DNA from: Dendrobates tinctorius
Taxonomy: Eukaryota
Reading direction: 5' to 3'
NCBI RefSeq assembly: GCF_039654945.1
Contig: NW_027361765.1
Span: forward strand, 25,730,001-25,794,000
DNA length: 64,000 nt
Program-made: the position numbers and the translations under genes
Notes under the pieces: generated by a model
Seen by the model: the letters and a program-made list of their open reading frames with translations, nothing else
The model's database searches: none
Told to the model about the DNA's origin: nothing
Shown here: in pieces, positions 52,799 through 64,000 of the stretch
How positions within the stretch are numbered: position 1 is the stretch's first letter
Layout: the number at the start of each line of letters is the position of its first letter

Positions 52799-54215
52799 TG
52801 GAAAAATGGAAATAAATACATTTTTTTAATTTTATTATTTTTCCCTAACTAAGGGGGTGATAACGGGGGTTTGATTTACTATTTATGGCGGTTTTTATTT
52901 TTGGCAGCTGTCGCACGCTAAAAGACGCTTTTTATTGTAAAAATAGTTTTTGCATCACCACATATTGAGAGCTATAATTTTTCCGTATTTTGACCCACCG
53001 TGTCATGTGAGGTCTTATTTTTTGTGGGACGAGTTGATGTTTTATTGGTATCATTTTCGGGCACGTGACAGTTTTTGATCGCTTTTTATTCCGATTTTTG
53101 GGACGCAGAATGAACAGAAACCAGCGTTTCATTAATTTCTTTTGGGGGAGTGCGTTTACACCGTTCCGCGTGCGGTAAAATTGATAAAGCGGTTTTATTC
53201 TTTGGGTTAGTACGGTTACAGCGATACCTCATTTAGGTCGTTTTTTTATGTTTTGTCGGTTTTATGCAATGAAAACTATTTTATATAAAAAATAATTATT
53301 TTTGCATCGCTTTATTCTGCGAGCTATAACTTTTTTATTTTTTCGCTGATGATGCTGTTTTGCGGCTCGTTTTTTGCGGGACAAGATGACATTTTCAACG
53401 GTACCATGCATATTTATATGCGTCTTTTTGATCGCGCGTTATTACACTTTTTGTTTGGCGGTATGATAATAAATCATTATTTTTTGCTTCGTTTTTTATT
53501 TTTATTTTTTAAGGGGTTTGCTAAAGGGGTTAACTAATGGGAAAGTTTTATATGGTGGGTTGTTACGGACGCGGCGATACCTAATATGTGTACTTTTATT
53601 GTTTTGGCTTTTTTTATTTTCAAAAAATGAATTTATTGGGGAATATTTTTTTTTTTTTTACTAATTTATTTGGCGATTTTTTAAAATTATTTTTACACTT
53701 TTTTTATTTTTTTTTTACTTTATTACATAGTCCCAGGTGGGACATCACTGTCCTGTGACAGATCGCTGATCTGTCACATCACAGATCACTGTGACAGATC
53801 AGCAATCTGTCACAGGCAGTGCCGAAGGCTTCCTCATGCCTGCGCTTTGCAGGCACTGAGGAAGCCAGCTTCCTGCAGGCCCCCGAAGGCCCCCGTCGCC
53901 ATCTTGGATCCGGGGGCCTGTAGGGAAAGAGCCCCCTGCAGCAGCGCTGCACATTGCGCTGCCGTGGGGGGCTCAGGGAAGCATGGAGGGAGCCCCCTCC
54001 CTGCCGATGCTTCCCTTTAACTCCCGGTACACCGCGATCATGTTTGATCGCGGTGTGCAAGGGGTTAACGTGTCGGGGGCGGTCCGTGACCGCCCCTGAC
54101 ACATTGTGCCGGGTGTCAGCTGTGATAATCAGCTGACACCCGGCCGCGATCAGCTGCGCTCACCACGTGGGCGCCGCTGATCGCGGTAGACGTACTATCC
54201 CGTCCATGGGCATAG

Positions 54216-55349
<1,134 letters not shown>

Positions 55350-55568
55350 GCTGAGGGTGCCAATACTTTTGTCTGGCACTTTTTTGGAGTTTTGTGTGAA
55401 ATGATCAATGTTTTGCTTTTTGCTTCATTCTCTTTTGTGTTTTTTCATTTAAGACAAATTAAATGAAGATAATAATACCCAAGAATTTGTGTTTGCAATC
55501 ATTTTCAGGAAGAAACTGAGTATTATCTGACAGAATTGCAGGGGTGTCAATACTTTTGGCCACAACTG

Positions 55569-55598
<30 letters not shown>

Positions 55599-55601
<3 letters not shown>

Positions 55602-57146
55602 TGAAGGAAATAATTATTTGATTCCTTGCTGATTTTGTATGTTTGCCCACTGACAAAGACATGAACAGTCTATAATTTTTAAGGGTAGGTTAATTTTAAC
55701 ATTGAGAGATAGAATATCAAAAATAAAATCTAAAAAATCACATTGAATAAATCATATAAAGTTATTTGCATTTTGCTGGCAGAAATAAGTATTTGATCCC
55801 TCTGGTAAACAAGATTTAATACTGGGTGGCAAAACCCTTGTAGGCAAGCACAGCAGTCAGACATTTTTTGTAGTTGATGGTGAGGTTTGTGCACTGTCAG
55901 GAAGCATTTTGGTCCACTCCTCTTTCCAGATCATCTCTAAATCATTAAGATTTTGAGGCTGTCGCTTGGCAACTCGGAGCTTCAATTCCCTCCATAAGTT
56001 TTCTATGACCTTAATATGTTTCTTTTTGAGCCACTTCTTTGTTGCCTTGGCTGTATGTTTTGGGTCACTGTCTTGCTGGAAGACCCAGCCATGACCCATT
56101 TTTAATGTCCTGGCGGAGGGAAGGAGGTTGTCACTCAGGATTTTACGGTACATGGCTCTATCCATTCTCCCATTGATATGGTGAAGTAGACCTGTGCCTT
56201 AAGCAAAGAAACACACCCAAAACATAATGTTTCCACCTCCATGCTTGACAGTGGGGACAGTGTTCCTTGGGTCATAGGCTGCATTTCTCTTCCTCCAAAC
56301 ACTGCGAGTTGAGTTAATGCCAAAGACCTCAATTTTTGTCTCATCTGATCACAGCACCTTCTCCAAATTACTCACAGAATCATCCAGATCATTGGCAAAC
56401 TTCAGACCTGCCTATGTATGTGCCCTCTTTAGCAGGGGGACCTTCCAGGCACTGCAGGATTTTAAACCTTTACGGCATGTTACCAATGGTTTTCTTGGTG
56501 ACTGTGGTCCCAGCTGCCTTAAGATCATTAACAAGTTCACCCCATGTAGTTTGAGGCTGATCTCTCATCTTCCTCATGATCAAGGATACCCCACGATGTG
56601 AGATTTTGCATGGTGCTCTTGATCGATGTCGATTGACAGTCATTTTGTATTTCTTCCATTTTCTTACCATTGCACCAGCAGTTGTCTCTTTCTCACCCAG
56701 CATCTTACTTATGATTTTGTAGCCTATTCCAGCTTTGTCCAGGTCTATGATCTTATCCCTCATCCTTATAATTGGTCTTACTCATGTTGTAGAGGTTAGA
56801 GTCTGACTGATTAATTGAGTCTGTGGACAGGAGTCTTTTATAAAGGTGACTATGTAAGACAGCTGTCTTTAATGCAGGTAACAAGTTGATTAGGAGCATC
56901 TAACTGGTCTGCAGGAGCCAGAACTCTTAATGGTTGGTAGGGGATCAAATAATTATTTCTCACTGCAAAATGTAGATAAATTTATATAATTTATACAATG
57001 TGATTTTCTGGATTTTGTTTTTGATAGTCTATCTGTCAATGTTAAAATTAATCTACCCATAAAATTATAAACTATTCATGTCTTTGTCAGTGGGCAAACT
57101 TAAAAAAATCAGCAATCAGAAAGGGATCAAATACTTATTTGCTCCA

Positions 57147-57149
<3 letters not shown>
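55599..57149 (-). mobile_element. Tc1 element, degenerate
   Basis: ~200-bp inverted ends. Transposase fragments in ORFs 56470-56763 and 55857-56165. Confidence 0.85.
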
Positions 57150-57189
<40 letters not shown>

Positions 57190-58409
57190 TGTATATACTT
57201 ACACATATTTATGAAATATACATTTTGTTACCTATCCAACCAATTTATTTTTTCCAACAGAGCGATGGATGCCTATATAAATACTGTACGTAAAGCGTAT
57301 TTTCTATTCTCTCACAAAATGGATTTGCTGGGATAGGAATGTGGCCAGATGTTTCTTGTGGATAGGAAAGATTCCTGAATCAATGTTCCCTGCCAGTGGG
57401 CTTGAATGGGAAACTGTCCAGTGCAATCTCCTAGGGGGAAGATTTAGCTGTTATTAAAGCTTAGGTGTATAAACAGTTTGAATTAAAATTAACTATTTGT
57501 AGTTCCAAATAAATTTATAACATGAATTAATGTAAATACGTTTGACCTTGTTACGTCATAAAAAGAAGGCTATATTTAAAGTTCTATCATTAAATATGAC
57601 CTGAAATACTCCTTAGTAGATACTAACCAAAATGCTGAAAGATGAGGGGTTCACCCAAGAGTGTAGGTAAGGGTTCATCAAAGGGGGACACATCTTTGTG
57701 GCCCTCCAACCTATGTAATCCAGCTTTCAAAGGAGGTGCACCATAATTATATTGGGCATAAGTGGACACCTCATATTGTTGCTAAATAAGAACCACTATA
57801 CAAGAGACCAACATTGATATTACCAGCAATCAGGATTCAGCTCTTTTAAGCAAGAGCCCAGCTCTTTAGGTTAGCACTTCTTCAGAGCACAAGGAACAAT
57901 CTTTAAATCCAGAGTCTTCACTTTTACCTCCTGGACCACACCCTGTGATGGGTGATTATCTCCTCAGCCCATAACATGCTGGAGGAAACTTCCAGGTTTA
58001 TATTACTGAAGTTAATAACGTCAGTGAAACACATATACCCTCCAGCACATTACGATTGACCCTCTTACAATAGATAATATAAATCAATGTACAGTACTTT
58101 ACCAACTCTAGTATGTAGCTTTCCAACTCTAGTATGTAGCTTTCCAAGGGTGAGGCAACCTAAAACTTCTTACTATTTTTATGTTATATTAGTAATTGTG
58201 CATATAAATACATTGCATAAACCTTTATAGATTTATATTTTGTCTGGAAGATGCACAATCAAATTTCACAACAATATAGATGCTAGGACTTTCAAGTTTA
58301 CATACCGTAATTCCTTTTAACAAATCAAAAAAATATGGTATTATGGTTGCTGACATCACTCCAAAAGAATATTCGTAGTTTGTTGGGATATTATTGTACT
58401 TTTATGAAT

Positions 58410-60050
58410 GTTACTAACCTGCCCAGTGCCTGCACGCAGCCAAATACTGCAGGAAGAAAATGAACTTTAATCCCCCGGCAGCATTCCACTTTCAGTCACA
58501 GGGAAAGCACTCGCGCGGGATCAATCACTGAGTTGAGTATGCAGACACTTATTAAAAATTGGGTCAGAAAATCCTGGTTTATCAAACAAAATACCTGCCA
58601 TGACAGAGGCAGTAGTGGTTTGACCATATTGGTTACTGTGTCGTTTGGGTTCTTGTTTGTCCATTTTATAGCTGTTGTGAATTGGTGGTATTTAACACTA
58701 GTGTATTTAAGTGTTTACTGTACTTTATCCTGGTGATGTACAACAGGAGTGTACTCAAGTGAACTCCTTAGGGATTTTTTTTTTATAGTATTTGGTCTCT
58801 GGATCTTGTTTGTTCGTCATTGGTGCCGGACTGGTATATGGTGGATATATTGTAAGTAATCCATATGAAAGTACACAGCGCACATCCATTCCAGTGAAGC
58901 ACTGGTTCCCTTGTTTTCTTTGATTGTGTGTCTGAAAGGATAGCTATCACCAGGATTAACTAGGGTAAGCCATCCGTGAGCAGGGACACCACTTTACATC
59001 CAAGATAGGGTGATAACATCCGCTGTAGGGCAGGGACACTTTAGAGGGTAAAGGGCCCATCACACTAAGCGAGATTGCTAGCGATTATCGCTAAAGTGTC
59101 ACCGATTTTGTGACGCAGCAGCGGTATTGCTAGCGATATCGCTATGCGTGATACTTACCTCCGACCAGTTCCCCTGCTGTCTATAGCTGATTGCGCGAGA
59201 ACGGCCTGGGCCATTTCTCATCAGCCGCTTCCTGCTGGGCTTCCTGCTGGCACCGACGAGCGACGCGTGGACACGGGCGGAGGACGTCTTCATCACCGAA
59301 TCTGACAGGTAAGTAATGACCGCCGACCGCTGCTATGTCGCTGATGAGATCTGCCTGTTTGGCAGCTCACTAGCGACCATTTAGCGATGCACCAGCGATC
59401 CTGACCGGGTCATATCGTTGTCGGGATCGCTGGTGCATCGCTAAATGTGATGGTACCTATAGACTAGGGCGAGATAGAGTTGTTTCGTATTGGTTCATCA
59501 CTGACTGTATGGATATTAAACTTCTAGTGAAGTGTGCATATTAGCCATCATATGGGATTAGTAGTGCCACCGCAATTTGGGGTACTCTCTTCAGGGTGTG
59601 CAACCTCCACTTTTTAGTCGAATTACCTTATCATTTGGGGTTCACTTTTCTAACTTCTGTTTTTCTATGGGGTTTAATTTTAAGCAATTTAGGATTAAAA
59701 GTTAAGCTGTAATGGTTATTATGCTTGCTAAAACTGAGTATACAGAACGGCCTCTGTAAACGTGTCCCCAGCCGTGACTAAAAGCCAGCCCCATTGCAGA
59801 GCCAGTGTCAGTCAGTGCGGGGTGTGCGGTCACACCCACTGCTTTGTATACTCAGAGTGGTAGATGAACCCATGCAGGCCCCTCCCTCATGACAGAAACC
59901 TGAACTCTCCTAGGAGGAATAAAGTTTGTTTTCTCCCTGCAGCATTTGGCTTATTGCAGGCACCGGGCAGGTTAATAATGATATTAGCCTGCAGATTAAC
60001 CCCATATCTGCAGGTTAATAGGGTTTTTTTCTGGTGGCAAATTTGCTTTA
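58410..60050. mobile_element. T2/Kolobok-like palindromic MITE interrupted by an unclassified insert and a Harbinger MITE
   Basis: 58412-58470 is the approximate reverse complement of 59920-59978. Ends ...CTTTAA. Confidence 0.5.
59053..59458. mobile_element. Harbinger-like MITE
   Basis: Imperfect TIRs AGGGCCCATCACACTAAGCGA / TCGCTAAATGTGATGGTACCT. CpG-rich, with ATCGCT repeats. Confidence 0.6.
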
Positions 60051-60105
60051 AGGAATCAGGAGTCAGCGGCGCTTCTACAAATATAGAAGTGTTAAAGTGA
60101 TTATC

Positions 60106-60340
60106 GACAGCACGGTGGCTTAGTGGTTAGCACTGTTGATTTGCAGCACTCGGGTTCTGGGTTCAAACCCAACCAAGGACAATATCTGCAAGGAGTTTGT
60201 ATGTTCTCCCCATGTTTGTGTGTGGGTTTCCTCCAGATTCTCCGGTTTCCTACCACACTCCAAAGACATACTGATAGGGAATTTAGATTGTGAGTCTCGA
60301 CAGTGATGATAACGTATGTAAAGCACTGCAAAATATGATG
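60106..60340 (+). mobile_element. tRNA-derived V-SINE
   Basis: A box TGGCTTAGTGG and B box GGTTCAAACC. V-domain-like ATGTTCTCCCC..GTGGGTTTCCTCC..CTCCGGTTTCCT. L2-like tail TAGATTGTGAG. Confidence 0.85.
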
Positions 60341-61697
60341 ACTAATAATTACACAATCCAGTCAATTTGACTAATACCTGCTTGTTATTGCAAAGTTTTA
60401 AGTATTTCTAGGTATGATAATAAAAAATACAAATATGGTGGTTGTCCACAGGTGTCTAAATGCTGTTGTCCCCCAGCTGATGAAGAAACGAGAGCACTGC
60501 ACTGCTCCATTCAATTAATCTAGTCCTTAGCTGACTATTTGTGTTTTAGGGCATTGCTCAAAAACCCATGAGCAAAAAGAAAAACCTACAAACTCCTTAG
60601 TCCATTCCAACAGTTATTAATGCAAGGTCTTCCAAAAATTTAACTGATAAATGCTCCACAAAAGCAATGTATCATGGCTATGCTACATAGTAGTGAAATC
60701 ATGACCTTCAATATCTTAGACACGGCACAACTTGAGCCATCCATGATGCAGCTAATAATTACAAATTGCTATACAGTATGTTTTTCTTGGCCACTGTTCC
60801 ACTGTTCATATGTTTTATATAAGGTGACACCAAATTAAAATAGTGCATGCTGTGTAATATCTTTAATCTACAGTAAAAAGACATTATTCAGTGTGGTCAA
60901 GCAAGTAAGGTGAAAAATGCCTATTTGTTTCCAAACAATGTGGAAACGTTCTAAGAAATTCTGAATCAACTGCCCAAAGATTACAATTATCTATACACTG
61001 CGTTTTCAGGCTTCTCTAAGCCTCTTATTGATATAATGTGGAACTGGAAGACAAATGTAGGTTTTAAGCTTTGTATCATACTCTGTAGTTTTGGTGAAAT
61101 CAGCTTTCCTAATGTGTTTAAATCATTGCAAGAAAATATGTACAGAAAAGGATAAGGAAAACTTGTCATCTATTAACTCATCATGCACCTGGATCATCTT
61201 AAACATATATTTACATTGTGTCTGATTTATTCTTTTTTTAAAAATGAAATTACAAAATATAATAGGCTTCATTTACCATGTTGCATTATGACATTGGAAT
61301 AAATCAGTATTATGTAATGTGTATTAGGGTACGTTGTAAAACAGATCTACAATCCTCAAGTTCAAAGCAGATGTTTATATATTATTGTGTATTGTACAAT
61401 GAAAGGGATGAGAGAAATTTACAGTAACCTGTTTTTGTGCTAATTAGTCTTTGCTAGTTTCTGCTCGATCTTAGCACATCAGGATGACATAGAATCATAA
61501 TTTTGTAAAGCGGTATAGCAATATAGGGTGTCGAGGTGGAAGTGACACCCAGCACCTGGTGCCCAAAGTAGCCTAAAGAGCACTTTATTTATGAGATGGC
61601 AAGAATATACTTCAGTTATGGCCAAAAGTTTTTGGAATCGCAAATTTTGGTTTTCACTGTTTGCTGCTTTATTCTCTCTAGATCCTTTAGTCAGATA

Positions 61698-62753
61698 CAG
61701 TTGTGCTCAAAAGTTTACATAACCCGGCAGAATTTTTGTTTTCTTGGTCTTTTTTTCAGAGAATATGAATGCTAGCAACAAAACTTTTTCTCAAATCATG
61801 GTGAGTGGTTGAATGAAGCCATTTATTGTCAAGCTACTGTGTTTTCTCTTTTTAAATCATAATGACAACCCAAAACATCCAAATGACCCTGATCAAAAGT
61901 TTATATACCCTGGTGATTTCGGCCTGATAACATCCACAGAAATTGACACAAATGGGTTTGAATGGCTACTAAAGGTAACATCCTCACCTGTGACCTGTGT
62001 GCTTGTAATCAGTGTGTGTGCATAAAAGCTGAGTGAATGTCTGGGTTCCAGACAGACTCTTGCATCTTTCATACAGCCACTGACGTTTCTCGATTGTGAA
62101 TCATGAGGAAAGCAAAAGAATTGTCAACGTATCTACAGGAAAAGGTAGTTGAACTGTATAAAACAGGAAAGGGATACAAAAAGATATCCAAGGAATTGAT
62201 AATGCCAGTCAGCAGTGTTCAAACTGTGATTAACAAATGGAAAATCAGGGGCTCTGTAAAAACAAAACCACGATCAGGTAGACCAACAAAAATTTTGTCC
62301 ACAACTGCCAGGTCGAGTCACCAGAAGAAAGCCATTAGTGCACAAATGCCACAAAGTATCATGCCTACAATATGCAAAACAGCACAGAGACACGCCTCAA
62401 AACTTCTGGAGCAAGGTAATTTGGAGTGATGAGACCAAAATTGAACTTTTTGGTCACAACCATAACATTACATTTGGGGAGAGGTCAACAAGGTCTATTA
62501 TGAAAGTAATATCATTCCTACTGTAAAGCACGGAGGTGGATCGCTGATGTTTTGGGCATGTGTGAACTACAAAGGCACAGGAAACTTGGTCAAAGTACAA
62601 GGAAAGAGGAATGCAGCATGTTATCAGCAAATATTGAAGGCAAATTTGCATTCATCAGCCCGGAAGCTACACATGGGACATACTTAGACATTCCAACATG
62701 ACAAAGATGCAAAACACAAGGCCAAATCGACATGTCATTGGCTACAGCAGAAC
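61698..62753 (+). mobile_element. Tc1 element, left part, degenerate, interrupted by an LTR
   Basis: TA|CAGTTGTGCTCAAAAGTTTACAT start. Motifs MRKAKELS...GRPTK and WSDETKIELFG. Confidence 0.85.
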
Positions 62754-64000
62754 TGTCACAATCCAAGTTTGGATCTGTGGCAGATCTGGGCTCACATATA
62801 ACCTTTTTTCCCTTCAAATCTCAGGCTTAATGTTAGTTTTTGCCCCCCGGTGGCCGCTGGGTTTATTACAACCTTGGTTGCTGCTAATTGGTTGCTGTTG
62901 TGAACTCATTTTCTGGTCTGCCTCTGGTTTCTGGTGAGGGAGCTGTTTGTGCTGACAGAGAAGTTGTGGGTTCTCTTTCTGGGCTCCCTCTGGTGGTGGC
63001 AGGAGGTATAGAAGCTGATCTAATTAATAGAGACCTGCCACCTGATAATGAGGACAACGATTATACATCTGGAGTCTCAGACTGGATTTAAGACAGCCAA
63101 CTCCCTATTCCCATGCTGGTGATTTTGTCCTGCCTCCTGAGGTCTTGGTTTCCAGCTCAGTTCCTGTCTTCTCAAGCTAAGTTTTCTCTGCTAATATTCA
63201 CTTTTGATTTGGTTTTGTCTATTCAGTTTTTGTGTGGTCAGCCAGCCCCGGCTGGGGCTGTGATGAATTTCCTCTCTTATGTTTCTGTATGTGCCAGTTT
63301 GCTTTTTGTCCCTTATTAGATTGGCCTCTTTTTGCTCTGATCTCAGAATATGCCAGAGTGCTGATATAGTGGGTGAAGTCTAGTGACTTCAGGTTTTTTT
63401 ATGCTATCAGAAGTGTTGGACATTTTTTGCAGGGTTTTTTGGCGTGATTGCAGACAGTATCTTTCCTTTCCTGTCCTTTCTAGTTAGTGTGGGCCCCATC
63501 GCTTGCTCAGCCTATTTTCCTACCTGTGTTTGTGCTTTCATCTTGTTTCACCGTCAATACATGTGTGGGGGCTGTCTATTCCTTTGGGGTCTGCTCTGGG
63601 GCAGTTTAGATTTCCCCTTTTCTTGCTTTAGGCTTATTTAGTCCTCCAGCTGTGACAAGGCATCTAGAATCATCGTAGATACACTCCATGGCTGCTGTTA
63701 GTTGTGTGGTTATGATCAGGGGTCTGCAATCCGCATAGTTACCAACCTCTCTGGTTTTCTGTGACTTAGCTTAGTTTTGTTTTCCTCCTTGGTGACCCAA
63801 TCATAACAGGTTGCCCCCGGTGGCTGCTGGGGTTACTACATGTGTAAATTAGCCAGCAGGTGTTACCCCTCCCCTCCTTCCTATAAAAGGGTGTCAGGTG
63901 CTCTGGATCATGGTTGGTGATACTGGTCATTTCCTAACTAACCTTGGAGGAGAGGGGAGCTATTGGGAGCAGTGCTTTGCAGCTCATCCAGAGCTTTGGT
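62754..64000. mobile_element. LTR-like sequence (continues past the window) hosting a solo LTR
   Basis: Begins TGTCACA abruptly within the Tc1 coding sequence. TATAAAAGG at ~63882. Confidence 0.5.
62896..63808. mobile_element. Solo LTR, same family as 28747-29670
   Basis: TGTT...AACA termini. GGTTGC at 62890-62895 and 63809-63814. Confidence 0.85.

Noticed and set aside
57835-57900. Minus-strand CTGAAGAAG hammerhead-like motif
   Set aside because: GAAA is missing and the stems are not convincing.
60106-60180. tRNA gene
   Set aside because: It has A and B boxes but continues into a V-SINE body and lacks a proper acceptor stem.

Overview
A eukaryotic, almost entirely repeat-derived window with no host gene I can support. 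The repeat families (V-SINE, CR1, L2, T2/Kolobok-like MITEs, Tc1, Harbinger, hAT, Penelope, gypsy) point to a vertebrate, most likely a frog (inference). Main contents in order: a decayed PIF/Harbinger element (MADF gene on +, DDE nuclease on -); a 233-bp hammerhead-ribozyme-bearing retrozyme-like insertion with a 9-bp TSD; a Penelope-like element whose RT and GIY-YIG parts lie about 21 kb apart around a deep nest of hAT, Tc1, MITE, LINE and solo-LTR insertions; an intact-looking DD34E Tc1; a full-length decayed Ty3/gypsy provirus; a (TA)n-punctuated chain of Tc1 elements. Three large non-coding TTAA/piggyBac-like elements carry satellite units, and two of them also carry telomere-like (CCCTAA/G)n arrays. 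The most notable items are the retrozyme/hammerhead plus Penelope system and the telomere-repeat-carrying piggyBac-like family. All calls come from reading the sequence by eye; no searches were run.
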